Shown: positions 8,713 through 18,767 of the stretch, piece after piece
Position numbering within the stretch: the stretch's first letter is position 1
Layout of the letters: each line of letters starts with the position of its first letter
Assembly (NCBI GenBank): GCA_021325135.1
Contig: JAJPHT010000033.1
Location: 1-64,000, forward strand
Length of the DNA: 64,000 nt
Reading direction: 5' to 3'
Source: Pseudomonadota bacterium
GTDB taxonomy: Archaea > Thermoplasmatota > SW-10-69-26 > JACQPN01 > JAJPHT01
Notes under the pieces: generated by a model
Told to the model about the DNA's origin: nothing
Database searches by the model: none
The model's input: the letters and a program-made list of their open reading frames with translations, nothing else
Program-made: the position numbers and the translations under genes

Positions 8713-9744
8713 TCAAGCCGCCTCGGGCTCGCGCCGCGCGATGGGGGCAGAAGTGGCGGGCGCCACCTCCACCGTCTCCCCCAGCTTCGGGATGCGCAAT
8801 CTCCCCGGAGACAGCCCCTTCTCCTCCCACCAGGCGCGCAGCACGCGCGGGGGCTCGTCGATGGGCTCGTCGGCGAGGCGGAACGTGCCCCAGTGGATGG
8901 GCAGCATCTCCCGCGCGCCGGTGTCCAGGAAGGCCTGCCCCGCTTCGGGCGGGTCGACGTGGACGGGCGCCATGAACCAGCGCGGCGAGTACGCGCCGAT
9001 GGGGATGAGGGCGAGGTCGAGGCCGGGGAACGCCTCGCCCACCTGCCGGAACCCCTGGAAGTAGCCCGTGTCGCCCGCGAAGTAGGCCTTGCTCCCCGCG
9101 GGGCCCTCCACGACCCAGCCAGCCCAGAGCGTGCGGTCGCGCCCCCAGGGCGTGCGGCCGCTGAAGTGCTGCGCCGGGACGCAGGTGAGGCGGTGGCCGT
9201 CCAGCAGCGCGTCCTCCCACCAGGAGCGCTCCACGACGCTGGTGAACCCGCGCTTGCGCAGCCAGGCGCCAACACCGGTGGGCGCGAAGACGGGCGTCTC
9301 GCGGGGGAGGCGCTTCAGCGTGCCCGCGTCCAGGTGGTCGTAGTGGTCGTGGCTCTGCACGACGGCGTCGATGGGGGGCAGGTCCTTCCACGCGACGCCC
9401 GGCTCGGTCTGTCGCTTCACGACGCCCCCGATGCGGCGGCTCCAGACGGGGTCGAGGAGGAGCGTCTTCCCGTCCACCTGGAGCACGAGGGAGGAGTGGC
9501 CCACCCACGTCGCGGCGATGCCCTTGCGCGGCGGCTCGCCCACGGGGCCCTGGCGCACGGCGCGCTCGACCTGGGGGACGTGCTCGTGGTACTTGCGCCG
9601 CTCCATGCGCCACTTGATGAGGGCCCGGAAGCCGCGCTCCTCGCGGTCGTCGGCGCCCGTCTCCTCCGGGAGCGGCAGCGGCGGGTGCACGAACGCGGGG
9701 TTGACGTACCGGTCCCCCACGCGGATCGGCTGGACGCGCTCCAC
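8713..9744 (-). CDS. MBL-fold metallo-hydrolase (NAPE-PLD/RomA-like)
   Basis: SHDHYDHLD, PAQHFSGR, FAGDTGY, PIGAYSPRWFM, IHWGTF. Confidence 0.92.
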   Translation of the reverse strand: MERVQPIRVGDRYVNPAFVHPPLPLPEETGADDREERGFRALIKWRMERRKYHEHVPQVERAVRQGPVGEPPRKGIAATWVGHSSLVLQVDGKTLLLDPVWSRRIGGVVKRQTEPGVAWKDLPPIDAVVQSHDHYDHLDAGTLKRLPRETPVFAPTGVGAWLRKRGFTSVVERSWWEDALLDGHRLTCVPAQHFSGRTPWGRDRTLWAGWVVEGPAGSKAYFAGDTGYFQGFRQVGEAFPGLDLALIPIGAYSPRWFMAPVHVDPPEAGQAFLDTGAREMLPIHWGTFRLADEPIDEPPRVLRAWWEEKGLSPGRLRIPKLGETVEVAPATSAPIARREPEAA

Positions 9745-9795
9745 GCGGGGCGATTCATCCGCTGCGGCTATGAAGGTGGCTGGCTAGGCGGGGGC

Positions 9796-10206
9796 TCAGC
9801 CGATCACGACGAGGTAGCCCGTCATGGTGGGCTGATGGAACCCGCAGGTGTAGGGGAAGACGCCGGCGTGGTCCGCGACGAAGGTGATGTTCGCCTCGGC
9901 GCCGGGCGCCACGTCGTAGTCCATGGCGTAGGGCGCCTGCATGGTGAACGTGTGGTGCTCGTCGGTGTCCTCCAGGTTGTGGAAGTGGATGACGACGGTG
10001 TCGCCCTTGTTGACGATGAGATGATCGGGCGTGAACGTGTCGTGCGGGATGCCCACCTGCGTCTCGTTGAAGTCGAGGCTGGTGGTGAAGAGCTGGAACT
10101 CCCGCGTCTGGGGCGGGGCGTTGACCTTGTCCTGCCCGCTGGACACGCAGCCCGCGAGGGGCAGCGCGCCCAGGAGGAGGGCGACGGCGAAGGGGGTGGC
10201 GCGCAT
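9796..10206 (-). CDS. Cupredoxin-domain lipoprotein
   Basis: LAGC lipobox; HTF and C-x2-H-x3-M (CGFHQPTM) type-1 copper ligands. Confidence 0.85.
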   Translation of the reverse strand: MRATPFAVALLLGALPLAGCVSSGQDKVNAPPQTREFQLFTTSLDFNETQVGIPHDTFTPDHLIVNKGDTVVIHFHNLEDTDEHHTFTMQAPYAMDYDVAPGAEANITFVADHAGVFPYTCGFHQPTMTGYLVVIG

Positions 10207-10276
10207 GGCGGGGACCGGATTCCCATGCGCCCTCCGGCGGCACGAAGGCTGCACCGAACCCGTTCGGTCCGGCTTC

Positions 10277-10672
10277 CTACCCCGTCGTCTCGGGCTTCCA
10301 GCGCGTGACCTGGTAGCTCTTGCAGCGGCGGCACGAGCCCAGCTTGCCGGCGGCCTTGCGGTGGACGAAGGTGTAGCCGCAGTCGGCGCAGGCGAGGACG
10401 TCGCCGGGCTGGTAGGCCTCGATGACGCCGCCGCGGACGGTGCGCACGATGTCGCCGACGCGCTCCAGCTCGCGCAGCATCGACTCCAGGAGCGCCGTGG
10501 AGTCCTCCATGGTCGCGGGGCTCGACATGCTGCCGGAGCGCGCGCGCAGGAGCAGGATTTCACCATACGAGCGGGCGGCGGCCACGGCGTTGGTGACGTC
10601 GTGGAGCGCGCCTTCCATGCTCGGGCCGGTGGGTGCGTTGGGCTTTCCCGCGCGGCTGGGGGCCAGCGTCAC
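10277..10672 (-). CDS. Small protein with HisKA-like H-box helix pair and C-terminal Zn ribbon, no ATPase domain
   Basis: LHDVTNAVAAARSYGEIL resembles an H-box; CADC...CRRC; GTG overlaps the TGA of the upstream receiver gene. Confidence 0.65.
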   Translation of the reverse strand: MTLAPSRAGKPNAPTGPSMEGALHDVTNAVAAARSYGEILLLRARSGSMSSPATMEDSTALLESMLRELERVGDIVRTVRGGVIEAYQPGDVLACADCGYTFVHRKAAGKLGSCRRCKSYQVTRWKPETTG

Positions 10673-11046
10673 GCCGCCCCTCCCACGGTCTGGCCCGTGG
10701 CGGCGGCGATGGCCTGCACGATCTCGGTGGGCTTGAAGGGCTTCTCCAGGATGCCGGAGGCGCCCACGCGCTCCTGGATCTCGTCGAGGTCCATGGAGGC
10801 GCTGAAGAGGAGGATGGGGAGGCGCGAGAGGAGCGTGTCCTGGCGGATCGCGCGCACGAGGCGATCGAGGTCCAGGCCCGGCATGCGGACGTCCTGGAGG
10901 AGGAGGTCGGGGCGCTCCTTGCGCAGCGTGTCGAGGACGTGCGACTGCTCGGCGCAGGTCACCACCTCGAACCCCATGTCCATCAAGAGCAGTTGTGTGC
11001 TGCGGAGGATGCTGACCTCGTCGTCGACCACCAGGATCTTCGTCAC
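10669..11046 (-). CDS. Stand-alone response regulator receiver (CheY-like)
   Basis: ILVVDDE, QDVRMP (phospho-Asp), FSA, KPF. Confidence 0.92.
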   Translation of the reverse strand: MTKILVVDDEVSILRSTQLLLMDMGFEVVTCAEQSHVLDTLRKERPDLLLQDVRMPGLDLDRLVRAIRQDTLLSRLPILLFSASMDLDEIQERVGASGILEKPFKPTEIVQAIAAATGQTVGGAA

Positions 11047-11186
11047 GTCTAGGGGCCCCCTTCTGGCTCCGTTGCTCAGGGTCAACGCCGTCTCAGGGCA
11101 CAAGTCCTTTTCGCCTGGCGGGCTCCTGGAGGCGGGCGGGCTGGCCAGCAACGCTTTTGGCCAGAGAGCCGGGTCGCCCTCCGTCC

Positions 11187-12599
11187 ATGCGCTCCGTCCT
11201 CCTGGCCGCGCTCCTCCTCGCCGCCCCGGCCCTGGCGGGCTGCGTCGCCGGCCCCGCCCCCTCGCCGGCGTCCGCCACGGCCGCGGCCGACGACGCGCTG
11301 GAGGCGCAGATCGGCGCGCCCATCGTGGCGGACCACGACCACGCCGACCCCAAGCTCCACGACCACCACCTCAACCTGGAGGTCGTGGCGGCGGTCAACG
11401 GGCACGACCCCCCCGCCAGCGCGGACCCTGGCGAGTTCTACGCCGAGACGGCGGTGCGCGGCCACTACGCGTACCTCTCGCGCTACGGCCCCGCCTCGGG
11501 CATCGCCATCTTCGACATCGCGGACGTGGAGAAGCCCAAATTCGTCAGCGAGGTGCGCCTGGACGACGGCTTCGAGCCCGACGTGGAGGTCAGCGACGAC
11601 GGCAACTGGGCCTTCTGGGAGACGCAGCGCTTCCCGCTCTCGCCTCACCCGCCCATCCTCGACCCCCTCGCCAACGCGCCCCACGGCGTCCACATCGTGG
11701 ACCTCCACGACAAGAAGAGCCCCAAGGACGTGGGCTTCTACCCCGTGGCGCCCGACGGCCCGCACAGCATCACCTACGCCAACATCAGCGGGCGCAACAT
11801 CCTCTTCCTCAGCGTCTACGCCTTCGCGTACGCCTACGAGAACGTCGAGGTGCCCAACCAGCAGCGCCTGGAGATCACGGAGCTTGACACCAGCGGCCCC
11901 GTCCCCATGCTGAAGAAGCTGGCGGAGTACCGCGAGCCGGGCGCCACTGGAGGGCCGGGCCTCTTCCCGCACGACATCAGCGTGCAGAAGCACCCGCTCA
12001 CCGGGGACTACATCGGCTACGTCGCGTACTGGGACGTGGGGCTCGTGCTCCTCAACCTCAACGACCCCGCGAACCCCAAGGAGATCGGCAAGGTCACGGA
12101 CTTCGGCCCCGCCAAGTACCGCGAGGTCCACATGGCGCACAGCTTCCCGGAGCTCATCGACGGCAAGCACGTCACGGTGGTGGAGCCCGAGCACGGCAGC
12201 GGCGACGACACGGGCTACATGACGTTCCTGGACACCACGGACCCCGCGCACCCGAAATACCTCTCCTCGTGGCTCCTGCCCGGGAACCTCACGACCCAGG
12301 GCCTTCGCTTCAGCCCGCACTACTTCGACGTGCGCGACGGGCGCGTGGCGCTGGCGAGCTATCACGCCGGCGTGTGGATCATCGACGTGCACGACCACGA
12401 CCACCTGATGCATCCGCGCAGCGTGGGCTTCGCGGAGCTTGCCGCGCGCCGCGCGGCGACGAGCCCCGTCCCCGGCTTCGCGCCCGAGCAGGGCGCCTTC
12501 GACGCGTGGTGGGTGGACGACACGCACGTCGTCGCGGGCGACGCCCTCAACGGCCTGGACGTGCTGCGCTACACGGGGCCTGCGCCGGCCTCCGTGTGA
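11187..12599 (+). CDS. LVIVD-repeat beta-propeller lipoprotein
   Basis: LAGC lipobox, His-rich DHDHADPKLHDHH, repeated IFDIADVEKP / IVDLHDKKSP / LLNLNDPANP, SPHYFD. Confidence 0.8.
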   Translation: MRSVLLAALLLAAPALAGCVAGPAPSPASATAAADDALEAQIGAPIVADHDHADPKLHDHHLNLEVVAAVNGHDPPASADPGEFYAETAVRGHYAYLSRYGPASGIAIFDIADVEKPKFVSEVRLDDGFEPDVEVSDDGNWAFWETQRFPLSPHPPILDPLANAPHGVHIVDLHDKKSPKDVGFYPVAPDGPHSITYANISGRNILFLSVYAFAYAYENVEVPNQQRLEITELDTSGPVPMLKKLAEYREPGATGGPGLFPHDISVQKHPLTGDYIGYVAYWDVGLVLLNLNDPANPKEIGKVTDFGPAKYREVHMAHSFPELIDGKHVTVVEPEHGSGDDTGYMTFLDTTDPAHPKYLSSWLLPGNLTTQGLRFSPHYFDVRDGRVALASYHAGVWIIDVHDHDHLMHPRSVGFAELAARRAATSPVPGFAPEQGAFDAWWVDDTHVVAGDALNGLDVLRYTGPAPASV

Positions 12600-12675
12600 C
12601 GCGGCCCCGCCACCCTTGCCGCTGCCGGCATGCCTTTCTCGTCCCAGGATGTCCGGGAGCCGAGGAGGCCTCACG

Positions 12676-15108
12676 ATGAAGGTCGTTGTCTCAGCTTTTG
12701 CCCTGCTAACCATCCTGCCGCTTCTCGTCCCCGCCACCGTGGCCGGGGCCGACGAGCCCACCGTCCCCATGCCCTCGTCCCTCTCCCCGCTCACCCCCCT
12801 GGTGCGTGACCAGGGCGTGGCGTCCCTGGACCAGCCCGTCCGCGTCGTGGTGGGCCTGGACCTGCACGACAAGGCGAAGCTGGACGCGTTCCTCGCGGAC
12901 GTCTCCGACCCGCGCTCGCCGGACTTCCAGCGGTTCCTGACCCAGGACGAGTTCAACGCGCGCTACGGCCCCACGGCCGCCCAGGAGGCGCGCGTCGTCT
13001 CGTGGCTCGCCGATGCCGGCTTCCACGTGACGCAGCGCTTCCCCAACCGCCTCCTCGTGGTCGCGGAGGGCACCAACGCCGCCGCGCAGGCCGCCTTCGG
13101 CGTGCCGGTCCACCGCGTGCTCTTCCAGAGCGCCCCGCACCTTGCCGTCCTGGACGCGCCGCGCTTCCCGGCGGACGTCGCCGCGTTCGCCACCGGCGTC
13201 TTCGGCCTGGACGACCTCGTCCAGATGCAGCCCATGGGCCAGCCCGCCGCGAAGGTGGGCTCGAGCTGCTGCGCGTTCAGCCCCGCCGACCTCGCGCGCT
13301 TCTACGGGAACGGCTACGCCAGCGTCTACAACGGGTCGGGCCAGACCGTCGTCATCGCGGGCGCCTACTCCTGGAAGGACAGCGACAACAACGCGTCCAA
13401 CAGCCAGTGGAGCCTCCCCTCCCTGCCGGCGGGCAGCGCGCAGGTCTGCGTCGGCAGCGGCGCGGGCTGCGGCTTCGACTCGTCCCAATCCCTGGAGGTC
13501 TCGCTGGACGTGCAGATGGTCCACGCCGTCGCTCCCGGCGCCGCCGTCAAGAACTACATGGCGCAGACGACCGCCATCGCGGACTTCCCCGCCATGTACA
13601 ACCAGATCGTCACCGACAACCCGGGCCACGTCGTGTCCACGAGCTGGGGCCACTGCGAGCCCAACTCCGCGGCGAGCTTCCAGTCGACCGATGACAACAT
13701 CTTCTCCAACGGCAACGCCGTGGGCCAGAGCTGGTTCGCCGCCACGGGCGACCACGGCTCCAACGACTGCAACGCCCTCCTCACCGGGACGGTGACCGTC
13801 GACCATCCCGCCAACGCGCCCCACATGATGGGCGTCGGCGGCACGCACGCCAACTGCAGCCCCGCCATGACCGTCTCCGCGCCCAACTGCACGGCGTATG
13901 GCAGCGAGACCGCCTGGAGCGGCGCGGGCGGCGGCGCCAGCGTCAACTTCGCGAAGCCGAGCTATCAGACCGGCTGCGGCGTCCCCGCCGACGGGCAGCG
14001 CGACGTGCCCGACCTCTCCATGGAGGCGGACACGAGCCCGGGCAACTGGGTCGTGTTCAACGGCACGTGGAACGTCGTGGGCGGGACCAGCGACGCCGCG
14101 CCGCAGTGGGGCGCGTACTTCGCGCTCCTCAACCAGCGCATCGGGGGGAGCGGCGTGGGCCTCCCCGGCACGAGGCTCTACCAGCTCTGCGGAGGCAGCT
14201 CGTACCACGACGTCACGAGCGGCAGCAACGGCGCCTTCTCCGCCGGGGCGGGCTACGACCAGGTGACCGGCCTGGGCACCATCGACGCCGACTGGTTCCT
14301 GGTCAACTGGGGCAACGGCTCCGCGATCGCCCCCAGCGCGCCCCGGGGCCTCGTCGCCACGGCCGGCGACTCGCAGGTCAGCCTCTCGTGGACCGCCGCC
14401 CCCGACGGCGCCAGCGCGGTGACGAACTACACGATCTACCGCGGCACGACCAGCGGCGGCGAGACGCAGGTCGCCGTCGTGGGCAACGTCACCACCTACA
14501 CCGACACGGGCCTCACCGACAGCCAGACCTACTACTACAAGGTGGACGCGACCAACGCCGTCGGCGAGGGCCCCAACAGCACGGAGGCCAGCGCGACGCC
14601 CACCGCCATCGTGTTCAACGAGACGTTCGACGCGAGCACCAGCGCGCCCGCCAACTGGACCTTCAGCGGCCTCTGGCACGTCACCTCCGCCTGCCAAGGC
14701 GCCGCCTCGCCCGCGAACTCGCTCCAGTACACCCAGGACTCCACCTGCACGTACGACACGGGCGCGACCAACACCGGCGACGCGACGACGCCCGCCATCA
14801 ACCTGAGCGGGCTCACGCTTCCGCTCCTGCGGTTCAGCACGAAGTACCAGGTCGAGCACTTCACGGTGGGCGGCTTCGACAAGCTGCAGGTGCAGGTGCT
14901 TCCCGCAGGGAGCACCACGTGGAGCACCATCTGGGTCCAGGACAGCTCCACCGCCGCGCAGACCTCGTGGACGACGGTCACGCTGAGCCTGAACCTCTAC
15001 AAGTCGGCCGGGACGCAGGTGAGGTTCCACTTCGACACGGTGACGCCGCTCAACAACGGCTTCCCGGGCTGGGCCGTGGACAACGTGACGATGCTGGGAG
15101 GCGGCTAA
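12676..15108 (+). CDS. Secreted S53 (sedolisin/kumamolisin) peptidase with prodomain, FN3 and C-terminal beta-sandwich (copy 1)
   Basis: Signal peptide, pro-kumamolisin FLTQDEFNARYGP, EVSLD, ATGDHG, GGTS, Ca-site DVTSGSN..GYDQVTGLG, FN3 YYYKV. Confidence 0.92.
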   Translation: MKVVVSAFALLTILPLLVPATVAGADEPTVPMPSSLSPLTPLVRDQGVASLDQPVRVVVGLDLHDKAKLDAFLADVSDPRSPDFQRFLTQDEFNARYGPTAAQEARVVSWLADAGFHVTQRFPNRLLVVAEGTNAAAQAAFGVPVHRVLFQSAPHLAVLDAPRFPADVAAFATGVFGLDDLVQMQPMGQPAAKVGSSCCAFSPADLARFYGNGYASVYNGSGQTVVIAGAYSWKDSDNNASNSQWSLPSLPAGSAQVCVGSGAGCGFDSSQSLEVSLDVQMVHAVAPGAAVKNYMAQTTAIADFPAMYNQIVTDNPGHVVSTSWGHCEPNSAASFQSTDDNIFSNGNAVGQSWFAATGDHGSNDCNALLTGTVTVDHPANAPHMMGVGGTHANCSPAMTVSAPNCTAYGSETAWSGAGGGASVNFAKPSYQTGCGVPADGQRDVPDLSMEADTSPGNWVVFNGTWNVVGGTSDAAPQWGAYFALLNQRIGGSGVGLPGTRLYQLCGGSSYHDVTSGSNGAFSAGAGYDQVTGLGTIDADWFLVNWGNGSAIAPSAPRGLVATAGDSQVSLSWTAAPDGASAVTNYTIYRGTTSGGETQVAVVGNVTTYTDTGLTDSQTYYYKVDATNAVGEGPNSTEASATPTAIVFNETFDASTSAPANWTFSGLWHVTSACQGAASPANSLQYTQDSTCTYDTGATNTGDATTPAINLSGLTLPLLRFSTKYQVEHFTVGGFDKLQVQVLPAGSTTWSTIWVQDSSTAAQTSWTTVTLSLNLYKSAGTQVRFHFDTVTPLNNGFPGWAVDNVTMLGGG

Positions 15109-15184
15109 GGGGGAGCGCGCCGGACGCAGCCGGGGGGCTACGCGCGCGGAAGGCCGATCAGGCTGCCCGACGCTGGCCGCGCGC

Positions 15185-15616
15185 ATGCGCAGCCTCGTCC
15201 CCCTGGCCGCCCTGGCCTCCCTCCTCGCTCTCGCGCACCCCGTTGGCGCGGCGCTCCCGCCCAACGCGGTGTATGCCGCCCACGGCGCGGTCGCCACCGC
15301 GGACTTCGTCTACGACGGCCCCTGCGTCGGCGAGGGCACCGTGACGCTCGTCGTCCACTCCGCGGGCGGCGACCAGACGCTCACCGCCGCCGTCACCAGC
15401 AGCGCGGTGGGCGCCACCTGCGGCTCGGGCCTGCGCTGCAACGGCTGCCCGCCCGTCCCCGAGGCGTTCGAGTGGGAGCTCAAGGGCGACGGCGTCCTCC
15501 TCGTGGGCGGCGGCCCCGCCGTGTACGACACCTACGCCGACCGCCCCGTCGCGTTCCAGCTCCAGGGCACCTTCCTGGGCGGCGACTTGGAGGCCCACGG
15601 CACGATCCCGCTCTGA
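15185..15616 (+). CDS. Secreted Cys-containing hypothetical protein
   Basis: Signal peptide, beta-rich, four Cys; lies between the two S53 genes. Confidence 0.7.
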   Translation: MRSLVPLAALASLLALAHPVGAALPPNAVYAAHGAVATADFVYDGPCVGEGTVTLVVHSAGGDQTLTAAVTSSAVGATCGSGLRCNGCPPVPEAFEWELKGDGVLLVGGGPAVYDTYADRPVAFQLQGTFLGGDLEAHGTIPL

Positions 15617-15704
15617 GCCCAGGTCATTTCACAGGAGTTCTCCACATTTTCCCCGACACGGCTTTCTATTCCTCGGCGCTAGCCGCTGCGGGAGGCCCTC
15701 GTCC

Positions 15705-18122
15705 ATGAAGGCCGTCGTCGCGCTCATCGCCACACTGACCCTGCTGCCCATCCTCCTTCCCGCCACCGTCGCCGACACCCCCACGGTGCCCATGCCCTCG
15801 TCGCTCTCGCCCCTCACCCCGCAGGTGAGCGACCAGGGCGTCGCGCCCCTGGACCAGCCCGTCCGCGTCGTGGTGGGCCTGGACCTGCACGACAAGGCGG
15901 GCCTCGACGCGTTCCTCGCGCAGGCCTCGGACCCCCGCTCGCCGGAGTTCCAGCACTTCCTCACGCAGGACCAGTTCAACGCGCGCTACGGCCCTAGCGC
16001 CGACCAGGAGGCGCGCGTCGTGGCGTGGCTCACGCAGGCCGGCTTCCACGTCACGAAGCGCTTCCCCAACCGCCTCCTCGTCGAGGCGCAGGGCACCAAC
16101 GCCGCGGCCCAGGCGGCCTTCGGCGTGCCCGTCCACAACGTCCTCTTCCAGGGCCAGCCCCACCTGGCGGTCCTGGAGGCGCCGCGCTTCCCGGCGGACG
16201 TCGCCGCGTTCGCCACCGGCGTCTTCGGCCTGGATGACCTCGTCCAGATGCAGCCCATGAACGAGCCCCGCGCCTCGGTGGGCGGAAGCTGCTGCTCCTT
16301 CGGGCCCAACGACATCGCGAACTTCTACGACAACGGCAAGTCCTTCACGGGCTCGGGCCAGACCGTCGTCATCGCGGGCGCCTACGCCTGGAAGGACAGC
16401 GACAACACCGCGTACAACTCGCAGTTCAGCCTGCCCGCCATGCCCACCGGCACCGCCCAGGTGTGCGTGGGCTCCGGAAGCGGCTGCTCCTTCGACTCGT
16501 CGCAGTCCATCGAGATCGCGCTGGACGTGGAGATGGTCCACGCCGTCGCGCCCGCCGCCGTGATCAAGAACTACATGGCGCAGACGACGGCCCTCGCCGA
16601 CTTCCCCACCATGTACAACCAGATCGTCACCGACAACCCCGGCCACAGCGTCACCTCGAGCTGGGGCTCCTGCGAGTCCAACTCGGCCTCCAGCTACCAG
16701 TCGACCAACGACAACATCTTCGCCAACGGCAACGCCATCGGCCAGTCCTGGTTCGCCGCCTCGGGCGACCACGGCTCCAACGACTGCAACTCCCTCCTGG
16801 GCGGCACCAGCGTCGACCACCCCGCCAACGCGCCCCACATGATGGGCGTCGGCGGCACGCACGCCAACTGCAGCCCCGCCATGACCAGCAGCGCGCCCAC
16901 CTGCGCCGCCTACGGCAGCGAGACCGCCTGGAGCGGCAGCGGCGGCGGCGCGAGCGCCGTGTTCTCCAAGCCGAGCTATCAGACCGGGTGCAGCGTCCCC
17001 GCTGACGGCAAGCGCGACGTCCCCGACGTCTCCATGGAGGCCGACACCTCGCCTGGCAACTGGGTCATGTTCAACGGCGGCTGGAACGTCGTGGGCGGCA
17101 CCAGCGACGCCGCGCCCCAGTGGGGCGCGAACTTCGCGCTTCTCAACCAGAAGCTCGGCGGCAGCGGCGTGGGCCTCCCCGGCACGCGCATCTACCAGCT
17201 CTGCGGCACCAGCTCCTTCCACGACGTGACCAGCGGCAGCAACGGCGGCTTCTCGGCCGGCGTGGGCTACGACCGCGTGACGGGCGTGGGCACCATCGAC
17301 ACCAACACCCTGCTCACGAGCTGGGGCAGCGGCGGCTCCGCCTCGGCGCCCAGCGCGCCCGCGAGCCTCACCGCCACGCCGGGCAACGCGCAGGTGAGCC
17401 TCTCGTGGAGCGCGGCCGCCGACGGCGGCAGCACCGTCACCAACTACAAGGTGTACCGCGGCACGACCAGCGGCGGCGAGACGCTCCTCACCACGCTGGG
17501 CAGCGTGCTCAGCTACACCGACACGGGCGTGACCAACGGGCAGACGTACTACTACAAGGTCAGCGCCGTCAACAGCGTCGGCGAAGGCCCCAAGAGCGCG
17601 GAGGCCAGCGCCACCCCCTCGGCGCCCACCACCGTGCTCCACGAGACGTTCGACTCCGGCACGGGCATCCCCTCCGGCTGGAACGTCACGGGCCTCTGGC
17701 ACGTCGCGTCCGGCTGCCAAGGCGCCTCCTCGCCCGCGAACTCGCTCCAGTACAACCAGCCCAGCACGTGCAACTACGACACTGGAGCCACCAACACCGG
17801 CGACGCCACGACGCCGCCCATGAACATCGCGAGCCTCACCCTGCCGAACCTGACGTTCAAGACGAAGTACCAGGTCGAGCACTTCACCGTGGGCGGCCTC
17901 GACAAGATGCAGGTGCAGGTGCTCCCCGCGGGCAGCACGAGCTGGACCACCATCTGGGTCCAGGACAGCTCCACCGCCGCGCAGACCTCGTGGACGACGG
18001 TCACGCTGAGCCTCAACCTCTACAAGTCGACCGGCACCCAGGTGAGGTTCCACTTCGACACCGTGACCTCGCTGAACAACGGCTTCCCCGGCTGGGGCGT
18101 GGACGACGTGACCGTGGGCTGA
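15705..18122 (+). CDS. Secreted S53 peptidase with prodomain, FN3 and C-terminal beta-sandwich (copy 2)
   Basis: EIALD, ASGDHG, GGTS motifs; colinear close paralog of 12676..15108. Confidence 0.92.
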   Translation: MKAVVALIATLTLLPILLPATVADTPTVPMPSSLSPLTPQVSDQGVAPLDQPVRVVVGLDLHDKAGLDAFLAQASDPRSPEFQHFLTQDQFNARYGPSADQEARVVAWLTQAGFHVTKRFPNRLLVEAQGTNAAAQAAFGVPVHNVLFQGQPHLAVLEAPRFPADVAAFATGVFGLDDLVQMQPMNEPRASVGGSCCSFGPNDIANFYDNGKSFTGSGQTVVIAGAYAWKDSDNTAYNSQFSLPAMPTGTAQVCVGSGSGCSFDSSQSIEIALDVEMVHAVAPAAVIKNYMAQTTALADFPTMYNQIVTDNPGHSVTSSWGSCESNSASSYQSTNDNIFANGNAIGQSWFAASGDHGSNDCNSLLGGTSVDHPANAPHMMGVGGTHANCSPAMTSSAPTCAAYGSETAWSGSGGGASAVFSKPSYQTGCSVPADGKRDVPDVSMEADTSPGNWVMFNGGWNVVGGTSDAAPQWGANFALLNQKLGGSGVGLPGTRIYQLCGTSSFHDVTSGSNGGFSAGVGYDRVTGVGTIDTNTLLTSWGSGGSASAPSAPASLTATPGNAQVSLSWSAAADGGSTVTNYKVYRGTTSGGETLLTTLGSVLSYTDTGVTNGQTYYYKVSAVNSVGEGPKSAEASATPSAPTTVLHETFDSGTGIPSGWNVTGLWHVASGCQGASSPANSLQYNQPSTCNYDTGATNTGDATTPPMNIASLTLPNLTFKTKYQVEHFTVGGLDKMQVQVLPAGSTSWTTIWVQDSSTAAQTSWTTVTLSLNLYKSTGTQVRFHFDTVTSLNNGFPGWGVDDVTVG

Positions 18123-18175
18123 AGCGGGCCAAATCTGGGAAAACGCTCCTGGCGCGGGCGCGCGGTGAAAGCCGC

Positions 18176-18763
18176 GTGCCCGCGCTGGTCGAGCTCTTCA
18201 CCTCCGAGGGCTGCTCCAGCTGCCCGCCCGCCGACGCGCTCCTCGCGCGCCTCGCGGACGAGCCCGCCGTGGCCGCCCTCTCCCTCCACGTCGACTACTG
18301 GGATGGCCTCGGCTGGCGCGACCCGTGGAGCGCGCGCTTCGCGACGGAACGCCAGCGCGCCTACGCGCGACGCCTAGGCGAGCGCAGCCTCTACACGCCC
18401 CAGATGATCGTGGACGGGACCGACGCATTCGTGGGCAGCGACGCGCGCCGCGCCAGGGACGCGCTCGCCCGCGCCGCCCGAGCGCCCAAGGCCAGCCTCG
18501 CCCCCGACGGGGACGCCCTCATCGTGCGCGACCTGCCCATCCCCCGCGCCGAGGCCTGGCACGCGCGCGTGCGCCGCGAAGCCACCACCCGCGTCGAGCG
18601 CGGCGAGAACGCCGGCGCCACCCTCCGGCACGTCGCCATCGCGGAAGCCCTCACGCCCCTGGGAACCGTCGCCGAAGGCGCGCGCCTCGACCCGCCAGGG
18701 CCCGGCCTCGTCGTGCTCCAGGAGCCCGGGCCCGGCCGCGTCGTGGGCCTCGCCCGCCTCTGA
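18176..18763 (+). CDS. DUF1223 thioredoxin-like protein
   Basis: VELFTSEGCSSCPPAD, HVDYWDGLGWRDPW, YTPQMIVDG, RGENAG..LRH. Confidence 0.92.
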   Translation: MPALVELFTSEGCSSCPPADALLARLADEPAVAALSLHVDYWDGLGWRDPWSARFATERQRAYARRLGERSLYTPQMIVDGTDAFVGSDARRARDALARAARAPKASLAPDGDALIVRDLPIPRAEAWHARVRREATTRVERGENAGATLRHVAIAEALTPLGTVAEGARLDPPGPGLVVLQEPGPGRVVGLARL

Positions 18764-18767
18764 GCCC

